DNA of 64,000 bases from Myxococcaceae bacterium (GCA_004297725.1 SCUS01000054.1:7731-71730); one strand, 5' to 3'; counted from the first letter of the stretch, positions 18,664 through 27,008 are shown. Notes: generated by a model not told the origin, from the sequence alone. Numbers and translations are program-made.

Positions 18664-20343
18664 CTACGCGGTGGCGGCGCGCGCTGCGAGGAGCCTCTCC
18701 AGCTCCACGACCCGCGCTTCGAGTTCGGCTTCGCGAGAGCGATGGCCCTCCAGCCAACATCCTTTATCGAGGTCGTACCAGCCGTGCTTCTTCGTGGGGA
18801 CCTCCACCGAGACGCCGACGGTCGCTCCACGGGTCTGCACCGCCTGAGCGAACTCGCGGCGGGCGTTGTTGGTGCCGTGGGTGATGAACACCGTCTGTCC
18901 AGCGAGGCAGAGGTGTCCGTCGTACTCCCAGATGAGCCAGTCGAGCAGATCGTGCTGGTCCGCGTGCGCCGAGTAGCCATCGATCTTCTCGATGTGGGCA
19001 ACCATCTCCGAGAGAGGGAGGCGATGCATGGGGCGCTTCGGATCGGCGTCGGCCCAGGTGAGGTGAACGCTCACGCGGCAGCGATCCTCGATGGGAATCT
19101 GCACGTGCAGCAGGAGCCTGCCGCCGTTCGTCGCCGGGGGGATGAAGCTGGTGAACAGCACCGTGGTGCTCTCCCGGCGGAGCAGGGAGTCGAGGTAGGC
19201 CATCACCATCCCGCCTTCGCACATCCCGCTGCCGGTGATGACGACGGCGGGAGCGCCGCCCTCGATCACCTGAGCGATGGGCTTGTCGTGGACGGTGAAG
19301 CCCGCCGCGCCGGACTTCCCCCGAAGCATGTTGGTGAGGCGCGCCTCCAGCTCTTTCTCCCCTTCGGGGGTGTCGGGGAGCCCGAACACGGAAGAGAGCT
19401 GCCTGGCGCGCCAGACGGGCTTGAGGCTGCCCTTGCGGCTGAGCTCCTTCCGGCGCATGCCCTCGGCGTAGATGCCATTGACCTTCGCCGCCATCGGAGC
19501 GTTCAGGTACATCGGGATGCCCCGATACCGTGACGGGTCGGAGCGGAAGACCTCGTGGAGATCGAGCAGCACCGACTGCGTGCGATCGACCGCAAGGCAG
19601 GGGATCAGCAGGACGCCTCGCTGTTCGAAGAGCGTCCGATCGACGATCTGGCGCAGGCGCTCGACGCGGGCTGCGCGGCTGCGCTGCTCCGGCGAGCGGC
19701 TGGTGGCCCCGTAGGTGGATTCGACCACTGCGTAGTCTGCGAACGCGGGCTTCATCCGATGTCGCAAGAGCCCGAGGTGCTCGTCCCCTTCGGCATTGGT
19801 CCCGACGTCACCGGAGAAGGTGATGGAGCGCTGGGTTCGCTGCCCGCGAACGGTGGGCTTCGGACCCCAGACGATCTGCACGGATACCGCGCCGAGGATG
19901 TGACCGGTGCGGCAGAACGTGAAGAACAGGTCGGTGCCGAAGGGGTGGAGTTCTCCGAAGAGGCGCCCCGACGGTTCGTGGAAGAGGGGGGCGAGGGCCT
20001 CGACGTCGGCACTGGAGAAGGGGGCTCCGGGCTGTCGCGCGGCGTCGGCCAGGATGAGCTTCGTGAGCTCGGCGGTCTCGCGGGTGCAGTAGACCGTACC
20101 GCGGAATCCCTCCTTCACGAGGCGCGGCAGCAGCCCGCAGTGATCGAGGTGCGCGTGCGTGAGGAAGACGCACTTCAACCGGGAGGGGACGAACTCCAGC
20201 GGACGGTGGTTCCAGTCGCGCTCGCCGTGCTCGCCCTGCATCATTCCGCAGTCGACGAGGAACTCGATGTCCTGCGCCTCGTGCTGGAGCCAGTAGCAGG
20301 AGCCGGTGACCTGCTCGATGGGGTTCAGGAATCGGACCTTCAT
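18664..20343 (-). CDS. MBL-fold beta-CASP nuclease (CPSF/TTHA0252-like)
   Basis: VTGSC, VDCG, THAHLDHCG, GHILG, FSGDVG, VESTYG, SGMCEGG, YSAHAD and ITHG motifs. AGGAGG lies 7 nt upstream of ATG 20343, which overlaps the upstream stop (ATGA). Confidence 0.9.
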   Translation of the reverse strand: MKVRFLNPIEQVTGSCYWLQHEAQDIEFLVDCGMMQGEHGERDWNHRPLEFVPSRLKCVFLTHAHLDHCGLLPRLVKEGFRGTVYCTRETAELTKLILADAARQPGAPFSSADVEALAPLFHEPSGRLFGELHPFGTDLFFTFCRTGHILGAVSVQIVWGPKPTVRGQRTQRSITFSGDVGTNAEGDEHLGLLRHRMKPAFADYAVVESTYGATSRSPEQRSRAARVERLRQIVDRTLFEQRGVLLIPCLAVDRTQSVLLDLHEVFRSDPSRYRGIPMYLNAPMAAKVNGIYAEGMRRKELSRKGSLKPVWRARQLSSVFGLPDTPEGEKELEARLTNMLRGKSGAAGFTVHDKPIAQVIEGGAPAVVITGSGMCEGGMVMAYLDSLLRRESTTVLFTSFIPPATNGGRLLLHVQIPIEDRCRVSVHLTWADADPKRPMHRLPLSEMVAHIEKIDGYSAHADQHDLLDWLIWEYDGHLCLAGQTVFITHGTNNARREFAQAVQTRGATVGVSVEVPTKKHGWYDLDKGCWLEGHRSREAELEARVVELERLLAARAATA

Positions 20344-22097
20344 CGCGCGACCTCCTGCGTGGTGGTGTCGTCGACCTCGTAGCAGAGCCGGAAGCCGATC
20401 TTGCACGCGCGGTACTTCCCCCAGCTCGACGAGGGGAAGAAGTCCCGCGCCACGGGGAGCCCGTCGTGGATGCCCTGGAGGGTGGCGGTGTTGATCGCTG
20501 CCGCGCTGGTCTCGTTGTGCTCGAAGAGCCACTCGCCGAAGCCGATCGCGGCGATGAATCGCAGCCCGCCCGCTCCTTCGCGCCAGGAGAGCCCTGACCG
20601 GAAGCGGGCGTGCTCGTCACTCCCGATGAAGTCCCACTTCGTTCTCCGCGTGCCATCGGGCTTGATGAAGTCCACGCAGCCGTTGGTCAGCCGCGCCTGC
20701 ATCGGGTCGGTGCCCGGCGCCCGCCGCGGGAGCGCTCCAGCCGACAGCGCGCCCGGGTGCAGTCGCAGGTACTCCGCGCAGCGCAGCAGGCGCACCGGCC
20801 GGTGGTGCTTCTGCTCGAACCAGCGCGCGTAGGCCTGCGCGTCGTACCAGTTCACGCAGGCTGGCAGGTCGTCCGGGTCGTGGTTGGGCGCCGCGAGGTC
20901 ATCGACCTTCTCCGCGCGCCGCGCCGCGTAGCCGGTCTCTGAGAGAAACCGACGCAGCTCCGCGATGGTCACCAGGGGCGACACGAGGAGCGTGCTCCCG
21001 CCGTCGACCGCGACGGGCACGAAGTTGTCGAGCGCGGTGCGATCCGTAGCGAGCGTCGGAGCCTGGTAGATCCCCCGGGCGACGGCCCACCGGCGGGCCA
21101 CTTCCCGCATCCCGGGATACTGCGAGCTGTCGCCACCCGCAGCGTAGTACGCCGTTTCGGCCTCCCACTCGTCGCGGTCGCTCCAGCGCTCGACCTGGAA
21201 GTAGCGCCAACGCTCGAAGCAGGCGTGGAACATCAGCACATCGGGGATGTCCAGTGGGGACAGGTTGCCATCGAAGGGAGCGGCGGGCGGGGGACGGTCA
21301 CGGAGGCCCCGGAAGACGAAGTCGTACGCACCGTCGGGGGCTCGCAGGAAGACCAGCTCGCGGTTGTAGCGAATGAGCTCGACCCACCCGCGGCGGTCAC
21401 GGTCGATCCATTGCTGGAAGAGCCGGAAGGACTCGGCATCCTCGCGCTGGATCTCCTTCACTTCGTCGGGCGGCGTGGTCGGGTTGAACCAGGTCCCGAT
21501 CACGAGGTGATCGTCGGACCGCGGATGGACGAGCCCGTCATGGAGGAGGTTGAACCCCGCCGAGACGTGGGTGCGGAGATGGCGCGCAAGGAAGAGGGCA
21601 ACCTCCGCGGGGTCGACGACGGGGAGGGCATATCTCGCCTGCATCGGTCCGGACATGGGCGGATGGGAGTGCTGGTCGACGAACGCCCAGTCGAAGTCGT
21701 GGCCGGTGAAGATGCGCTTCGGGAGAGGGCGCCCGGAGTTGAAGATCCGCTCGGCGAGGTACTGCCGCCGAAGGGTGAGGACTGACCACGCCTCGGGCGG
21801 AGGGGCGAGCAGGTTCTTCCGGTGGAGGAGCCCGTGCTCTCGCATGAAGTCGCGGAGCGAGGGCCACTGCTTCTGGTAGCCGTCGAAGCCGCCGCGGAAG
21901 CCGAGGCGCTTCGAGACCGCACTCAACGCCGCGGCGTGGCGAATGCCCTCAGGGCTATCGGGATTGCGGATGAGCTCGTCTCGAACAGCGACGCGGATGG
22001 CCTCCGGGGCGAGGTCGTCGAGCGGGACGACGTGCTCCTCGCGGAGCGGCAGGAATTGAAGAACGGTGTGCTTGGACTTCTGGACACGAGGGATCAT
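20340..22097 (-). CDS. Hypothetical protein with small helical N-domain and C-terminal FGE-sulfatase/C-type-lectin-like domain
   Basis: C-terminal VTIAELRRFL, PACVNWYDAQAYARW, VRLLRCAEY, GEW and IGFRLC match FGE-sulfatase-fold motifs; N-terminal IRHAAALSAVSKRLGF; GGAGG precedes ATG 22097. Confidence 0.8.
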   Translation of the reverse strand: MIPRVQKSKHTVLQFLPLREEHVVPLDDLAPEAIRVAVRDELIRNPDSPEGIRHAAALSAVSKRLGFRGGFDGYQKQWPSLRDFMREHGLLHRKNLLAPPPEAWSVLTLRRQYLAERIFNSGRPLPKRIFTGHDFDWAFVDQHSHPPMSGPMQARYALPVVDPAEVALFLARHLRTHVSAGFNLLHDGLVHPRSDDHLVIGTWFNPTTPPDEVKEIQREDAESFRLFQQWIDRDRRGWVELIRYNRELVFLRAPDGAYDFVFRGLRDRPPPAAPFDGNLSPLDIPDVLMFHACFERWRYFQVERWSDRDEWEAETAYYAAGGDSSQYPGMREVARRWAVARGIYQAPTLATDRTALDNFVPVAVDGGSTLLVSPLVTIAELRRFLSETGYAARRAEKVDDLAAPNHDPDDLPACVNWYDAQAYARWFEQKHHRPVRLLRCAEYLRLHPGALSAGALPRRAPGTDPMQARLTNGCVDFIKPDGTRRTKWDFIGSDEHARFRSGLSWREGAGGLRFIAAIGFGEWLFEHNETSAAAINTATLQGIHDGLPVARDFFPSSSWGKYRACKIGFRLCYEVDDTTTQEVAR

Positions 22098-22103
22098 CGA
22101 CGA

Positions 22104-22223
22104 CCTCCGTGTGTCACTTCGAGCAGCGGTGCTGCTCGATCCCCATCCGTGGATGGTCGCCCTCGGGAAGACACACAAAGAAGGGTTGATGAAACCTGGA
22201 ACTACAGGTCCAACTCCGACTTC
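22104..22223 (-). ncRNA. Putative structured 5' leader or cis-regulatory RNA
   Basis: GUGUGUC/GACACAC closing stem (22170-22176 with 22109-22115) encloses a perfect 9-bp hairpin (22119-22139) and two shorter ones; a separate interrupted stem lies at 22180-22223. The closing stem extends over the SD sequence. Confidence 0.55.
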
Positions 22224-22289
22224 AGGGAATCTCTTGCTGTGATCGCAGGCGACGACGATCCAGGGCAGGTGAGATTCGACGCGAGGCTG

Positions 22290-22318
22290 TCTGTAGTCAG
22301 GGACGATGCCGCCGTCAA
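22290..22318 (-). promoter_or_regulatory. Possible sigma70 promoter for the leader-FGE-MBL operon
   Basis: TTGACG-17 bp-TACAGA; the -10 lacks the final T. Confidence 0.3.
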
Positions 22319-22839
22319 GGCTTCGCGTCGGGCAGCTGTCCGAGCTCGATGAACATCGGCAGCGCCACGGGCCGGTCGCCGAGCTCACCCGCGACGAGCT
22401 CGAGCCGCATGAATCCCAGCTTTTCGTAGAAGGCGATCGCTTCGGGTTTCGCATCCACGATGAGACCGACGCAGCCGAGGTCTTCTGACATCTGTTGTGC
22501 AAGGACCAACACGGCGCGCAGCAGCAAGCTGCCCACGCCCTGACCCTTGGCCTTCTCGTCGACCGCCAGTCTGGCGAGGCGCAGCACGGGCACCGGATAC
22601 CGCGGGAGTCGTCGTCGCCTCGAGGGAGGCATCTTCTCGGGCGACAGCTCGGAGGCGGTCACCGTCGCGAACCCGACGATCAGGCCCGCGTCGTCGATCG
22701 CCACGTAGGTCGTGCCGATGTGGTGGCGAAACTGGTTCTGTCCCGCGTAGCGAGTGAAGAACCGATCGAGGTCGGCGTTGCCCGAACGGAAGCCAGAGCG
22801 GTCGTCCTCCGGGGTGAGCTTGCGGACCGTGCAGGTCAT
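22315..22839 (-). CDS. GNAT acetyltransferase toxin (AtaT/TacT-like)
   Basis: DRSGFRSGNADLDRFF, PVPVLRLARLAVD, GQGVGSLLL and VDAKPEAIAFYEKLGF motifs; 7 bp downstream of a small RHH gene. Confidence 0.85.
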   Translation of the reverse strand: MTCTVRKLTPEDDRSGFRSGNADLDRFFTRYAGQNQFRHHIGTTYVAIDDAGLIVGFATVTASELSPEKMPPSRRRRLPRYPVPVLRLARLAVDEKAKGQGVGSLLLRAVLVLAQQMSEDLGCVGLIVDAKPEAIAFYEKLGFMRLELVAGELGDRPVALPMFIELGQLPDAKP

Positions 22840-22846
22840 CAGGAGC

Positions 22847-23131
22847 TCACGGCTCGCCGTCGATGGGCTTGCCTGCCATCAGATCACGCAGCGCCTTCGT
22901 CGGCCTGCGCGGCTTCTTCACGACCTCCTCCACCGCGTCGAAGGACCTCGCGGTGACCACGATGCTCGGGGGAATGACGATGTCGGCAGGCAGCTCTCGC
23001 AGCGCCTGCAGGTGATGTAGCAGGGCCGTCTCGACCAGGTGACCCTTCTTCACGCCGTGCGCCTCGGCGTACCGTTCGACCATCTGCTTCGTCGCTTCGG
23101 AGATGTGAGCGGAAATCTGCGTGTCGGCCAT
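22847..23131 (-). CDS. Ribbon-helix-helix antitoxin (DUF1778-like)
   Basis: N-terminal beta strand QISAHIS plus two helices; C-terminal FDAVEEVVKKPRRPTKALRDLM resembles DUF1778; position upstream of the GNAT gene. Confidence 0.8.
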   Translation of the reverse strand: MADTQISAHISEATKQMVERYAEAHGVKKGHLVETALLHHLQALRELPADIVIPPSIVVTARSFDAVEEVVKKPRRPTKALRDLMAGKPIDGEP

Positions 23132-23148
23132 CGGGGAGTCACCTCGCT

Positions 23149-23185
23149 TCTACAAAAACGTAGACGCGCGTCCCGCCCTGAGCAA
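23149..23185 (-). promoter_or_regulatory. Sigma70 promoter of the TA operon with overlapping inverted-repeat operator
   Basis: TTGCTC (23180-23185)-17 bp-TACGTT (23157-23162); inverted repeat TCTAC-N6-GTAGA (23149-23164) covers the -10. Confidence 0.6.
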
Positions 23186-23192
23186 GCCGCGC

Positions 23193-23804
23193 CTACCGCA
23201 TCCGCCGCGAGCGCTCCCGCTTCACCGCCGGGTCGCCCTCGTCCTCGCGCTGCGCCTGCCTGCGCTCCGCCGCCGTCGTCGCCAGGGCCCTCCGCCAGCG
23301 CCACGCGCGCCACCCCACGTCCAGCGCCGCCAGCGCCGCCAGCGCCGCGCCCAGCCTCGTCGCGAGGCCCGTCATCGAGCCCGCGGTCACCCACGCCGCC
23401 GCGCCCGCCGCCAGCACCGCCGCGCCGTAGGCCGTCGTCGCGAGCGCCACGCTCCACGCGCCCGGCTCGCCGGTGCGCCCGCTGTCCTCCGCCGATCGCC
23501 TCGCCCCCCGGGTCTGCGCCAGCGTCGCCGCGGCCGCCGCCACCACCGCCGCGCCGAGCGCCAGGCCCAGCGGCGCCACCACCGGTCCGGTGATGGCCGA
23601 CGCCGCGCGCCACGGGTCGACCTCCTCTCTCGCCGCCTGCGAGAGCGCCTCCCTCACGGCCCCCTGAAGCGCCTCCCCCACCGCCGGAACCGTCGCCACC
23701 ACCGCGGCCCACACCGCGGCCAGCACCGCGACCTCCGAGAGCGGCGCCCGGCCCTCCCTCCGGGCGCGGGCGAGCTCGCTCTCCGTGGGCGGCTGCGTGC
23801 TCAC
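23193..23804 (-). CDS. Truncated or divergent FlhB/EscU/YscU-family export switch homologue
   Basis: PTESELARARREG...PLS N-terminus, TM helices and QREDEGDPAVKRER; stops before the NPTH-containing cytoplasmic domain. Confidence 0.7.
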   Translation of the reverse strand: MSTQPPTESELARARREGRAPLSEVAVLAAVWAAVVATVPAVGEALQGAVREALSQAAREEVDPWRAASAITGPVVAPLGLALGAAVVAAAAATLAQTRGARRSAEDSGRTGEPGAWSVALATTAYGAAVLAAGAAAWVTAGSMTGLATRLGAALAALAALDVGWRAWRWRRALATTAAERRQAQREDEGDPAVKRERSRRMR

Positions 23805-23826
23805 GACGCCCGACGGTACCCCGAAC

Positions 23827-25746
23827 TCACCCGAGGCCCAGCAGCCCCGCGACGCGCGACGCCACGAAGGCCGCCACCCAGGCGAGCGCGTAGGTGTAGA
23901 CCACGACGAAGCCCACCCAGCGCCACGAGCGGGTCTCCCTCCGGATGGCCGCGAGGGTGCTCATGCACTGGCAGGCGAAGACGAAGAACACCAGCAGCGA
24001 GACGCCCGTGCGCGTGGTGTAGCGGGGGTGGCCCTCGCTGTCGCGCGCCGTGCGAAGGCGCGTGGCGAGCGACTCGGGGTGCTCGTCGGCGTTCTCGATG
24101 CCGGAGATGACGCCGAGGGTGCCGACCATGAGCTCGCGCGCCCCGAAGGAGCCGAGGAGCCCGACGTTGATGCGCCAGTCGAAGCCGAGCGGGCGGGTGA
24201 TGGGCTCCAGCGCCCGGCCGACGGAGGCCCCGACGCTGCGCTCCATCGCCGACGCGGCGGTGGGGTGGGGGTCCGCCGGGGCGCCGGGGGAGGGGACGTG
24301 GAGCAGCACCCAGAGCACGGCGCCGCAGGCCAGGATGACGGTCCCGACGTCGCGCACGAAGCGCTTGCCGGCGACCCAGCAGGCGCGGGCGATGGCGCGA
24401 GGGTCGGGCGATCGGTACGCGGGCATCTCCAGCACCAGCGGCAGCCGGCGGCCCCTGGTGGCCGAGCGGCGGAGCACCATGGAGACCACCACCGAGGCGA
24501 CGATGCCGGAGAGGTAGAGCGCGACGAAGAGCGTGGCCTGGAGCACCGGGCGGCCGCCGAAGAAGGCCGCGAGCACCAGGCCGTAGGTGGGGATGCGCGC
24601 CGAGCAGGCCAGCAGCGGCAGCGCCAGGATGACCGTGAGGCGCTCCAGCGGGTCGCGGACGATGCGCGTCGCGGCGATGGCCGGGACGGCGCACGCGTGG
24701 GCGGTGAGCATCGGGACGAAGGCCCGGCCGCCGAGGCCGAAGGGGCGCAGCGCGCCGTCGATGAGGAAGGCCCCGCGGGCGAGGTAGCCGCTCGCGTCGA
24801 GGAGCTCCATCGCGGCGGTGAGGATGACGATCTGCGGGAGGAAGGCGAGCACCGTCCCCGCGCCGCCCAGCAGGCCGTCGGCCACGAAGGACCCGAGGAG
24901 CCCGTCGCCGAGAAGGCGCTCCGCGAGGGCCCCGAGGCGCTGCACCCCGACGTCGAGCACGGAGGAGACCGGGTCGGCCACGGCGTAGACCGCGGCGAAG
25001 AGCCCGATCATCAGCCCGAGGAAGAGCACCGGACCGGCCACCGGGTGCAGCAGCACTCGGTCGAGCTGGGCGGTGCGGTCGCGGCGCTCCAGGGCCTCCT
25101 CGGTGACCACCGGGGCGTCGGTGATCGCCTGGTGGGCGAGCTCGTCGGCGCTCCACGAGGGCGCCGGGCGCTCACCCGGGAGGGCCTCGGCGACCAGCGC
25201 GGCGATGGCCGTGAGCAGCGTGGCGCGCGTCGAGGGATCGTGCGCGTTGATGGCCACCACCGGGACCCCGAGGGCCTTCACCAGCGGCGCGACGGAGAGC
25301 AGCCGCCCCTCGGCGAGGACCACGTCGCGCTGGGTGAGCACCACCAGCAGCGGCAGCGGCCGGGCGAGCAGCTCGCGGGTGAGCGCGAGGCCCGCGGCGA
25401 GCTGCGAGGCGTCGAGCACCTGCACCAGCACCGCGCGGGTCTTCTCGGCGATCACCCGGTCGAGGAAGGAGCGGGCGACGCCCTCGTCGGTGCCCGGGTC
25501 GAGGGTGACGTCGAGGCTGTACACCCCGGGCAGGTCGAGCACCCGCGCGAGCTTCTGGGAGCCGGGCAGCGGGAGGTCGGCGGAGAGGATGTCGACGGTG
25601 ACGCCGGGGAAGTTCCCGACCTTGGCGTGGGCGCCGGTGAGGCGGTTGTAGACCGACGACTTGCCCGCGTTGGGGCGGCCGAGCAGCAGCACCGCGGGGG
25701 CGTCGTCGCCCAGCAGGTGCTCGTCGCCGTGATGGTGGTGGCTCAC
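23827..25746 (-). CDS. feoB: Ferrous iron transporter B
   Basis: GRPNAGKS, VGNFPGVT and DLPG GTPase motifs; gate motifs SGYLARGAFLID, CSARIP, LEMPAY and ARELMVGTL. GTG start overlaps the feoA stop. Confidence 0.92.
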   Translation of the reverse strand: MSHHHHGDEHLLGDDAPAVLLLGRPNAGKSSVYNRLTGAHAKVGNFPGVTVDILSADLPLPGSQKLARVLDLPGVYSLDVTLDPGTDEGVARSFLDRVIAEKTRAVLVQVLDASQLAAGLALTRELLARPLPLLVVLTQRDVVLAEGRLLSVAPLVKALGVPVVAINAHDPSTRATLLTAIAALVAEALPGERPAPSWSADELAHQAITDAPVVTEEALERRDRTAQLDRVLLHPVAGPVLFLGLMIGLFAAVYAVADPVSSVLDVGVQRLGALAERLLGDGLLGSFVADGLLGGAGTVLAFLPQIVILTAAMELLDASGYLARGAFLIDGALRPFGLGGRAFVPMLTAHACAVPAIAATRIVRDPLERLTVILALPLLACSARIPTYGLVLAAFFGGRPVLQATLFVALYLSGIVASVVVSMVLRRSATRGRRLPLVLEMPAYRSPDPRAIARACWVAGKRFVRDVGTVILACGAVLWVLLHVPSPGAPADPHPTAASAMERSVGASVGRALEPITRPLGFDWRINVGLLGSFGARELMVGTLGVISGIENADEHPESLATRLRTARDSEGHPRYTTRTGVSLLVFFVFACQCMSTLAAIRRETRSWRWVGFVVVYTYALAWVAAFVASRVAGLLGLG

Positions 25747-25982
25747 TCGGCCGCTCCCGCGGGGTCGACGTCGATGCTCCCGGCGAGCGCGCGGTCGATG
25801 GCGAAGGCGGTGCGCTCGCCCACGCGCACCTGCAGCGGACCGCGAAATGGACCCGCCCGCAGCACCGTCACCGCCACGCCCTCGGCGACCCCGAGCGCCC
25901 GCAGCCAGCGGGCCTCGACCGGGTCTACGCGCAGCGCGACGATGCGCGCGGTCTGGTGGTGGGTGAGCTCGCGGAGGGTCAT
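25743..25982 (-). CDS. feoA: Ferrous iron transport protein A
   Basis: 79-aa SH3-like protein (WLRALGVAEG..GPFRGPLQVRVG..FAIDR) directly upstream of feoB. Confidence 0.9.
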   Translation of the reverse strand: MTLRELTHHQTARIVALRVDPVEARWLRALGVAEGVAVTVLRAGPFRGPLQVRVGERTAFAIDRALAGSIDVDPAGAAE

Positions 25983-26129
25983 CGGTGCGACCGAGGGGGC
26001 GGCTTATCACGGTTCGCCCGGGGAGTGGGCACGGGCCTTGTAGAGTGAGCCCTCGCGGCGCGCGGCTGCGGCAGTACTGGGCCACCGTGCGCCACCCGCG
26101 TGATCGCCACGCACAGGAGCGCCGACGCC

Positions 26130-27008
26130 ATGACTCGATACTTCTCCAGGGTGACCTTCGTTGCGGCGCTGCTCGCCGTGGGCGGCTGCGGCAGCACGGT
26201 GGTGGCCCCTCCGCCTCCGGTCGACGGCGGCGTGGTGTGCCGCTTCCCCGACGGCACCGAGTGCCGCCAGGGGCAGAGCTGCCCCTCTCCCGACGGGTGC
26301 AACACCTGCGCGTGCTCGGGCGACGGCCTGCTCGCCTGCACGGCGAGGGCGTGCGTCGACGGCGGTCCGGCGGACGTCCCTGCGAGGAGGGCGTGCGTGT
26401 CGGGCGCGGACTGCGCGCTCGGCGAGGAGTGCCACATCGTCGAGGGCTGCGCGACGCCGAGCTACTGCGGCCCGATGCTCGGCCGGGTGTGCACCGGCGA
26501 CGTGACGCCCTACTGCGGCTGCGACGGGCGAACCTTCTTCGCCAGCTCGACCTGCCCCACGCGAACCTACGAGCGCCGGGGCGCCTGCGAGGGCGTCGAC
26601 GCGGGCTCGCCGACGGACGGGGGAGGGACGTGCCGCAGCACCGGGGACTGTCCCCCGTCGATGATGTGCCAGGGGGCGCAGGGCTGCGACGTCCCGTGGC
26701 GCTGCGTCCCGGCCACGGCCTGTACGCCGGACATCGCGCGCTTCTGCGGCTGCGACGGGGTCACCTTCGAGGGAAGCTCCACCTGTCCGGGTCGGCCCTA
26801 CCGCGCCTTCGGTCGCTGCCCCATGCCAGACGGCGGAACCTCCTGCGCCCCGATGGACGCCGTCGGCGAGGGCCTCTGCGACGGGTACTTCGGCGTCGCG
26901 TGGAACGGCTCCTCCTGCGTCTCCATCACCGGCTGCCGCTGCGTCGGAGCGGACTGCCCCAGAGCCTACCGAGACCGCGAGGAGTGCGTCGCGGCCTGCG
27001 GCGGCTGA
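26130..27008 (+). CDS. Cys-rich lipoprotein with Kazal-like and pacifastin-like modules
   Basis: Lipobox VGGC; DGCNTCAC...CT module and two CGCDGxTFxxSSTC repeats. Confidence 0.8.
   Translation: MTRYFSRVTFVAALLAVGGCGSTVVAPPPPVDGGVVCRFPDGTECRQGQSCPSPDGCNTCACSGDGLLACTARACVDGGPADVPARRACVSGADCALGEECHIVEGCATPSYCGPMLGRVCTGDVTPYCGCDGRTFFASSTCPTRTYERRGACEGVDAGSPTDGGGTCRSTGDCPPSMMCQGAQGCDVPWRCVPATACTPDIARFCGCDGVTFEGSSTCPGRPYRAFGRCPMPDGGTSCAPMDAVGEGLCDGYFGVAWNGSSCVSITGCRCVGADCPRAYRDREECVAACGG

Noticed and set aside
13556-18760. 1734-aa minus-strand ORF and similar long R/P/G/A-rich ORFs (40880..44698, 46817..50257, 33366..36113, 60296..63145)
   Set aside because: These are shadow or antisense frames of motif-bearing genes, expected in very high-GC DNA.
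20340-21000. FGE-like domain as a DGR target or a true formylglycine-generating enzyme
   Set aside because: No reverse transcriptase or template-repeat copy is visible, and there is no FGE catalytic Cys motif or neighbouring sulfatase.
22104-22180. Cloverleaf-like fold as a tRNA
   Set aside because: No T-loop GTTCRA, D-loop consensus, 7-nt anticodon loop or CCA end.
22098-22502. N-terminal extension of ORF 20340..22502
   Set aside because: It overlaps the GNAT gene and the structured leader; a strong SD supports ATG 22097.
18640-23200. att sites or an integrase bounding the low-GC block
   Set aside because: No direct repeat, tRNA or recombinase gene could be seen by eye.
25983-26129. Fur box upstream of feoA
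   Set aside because: No convincing AT-rich GATAATGATAATCATTATC-like palindrome.
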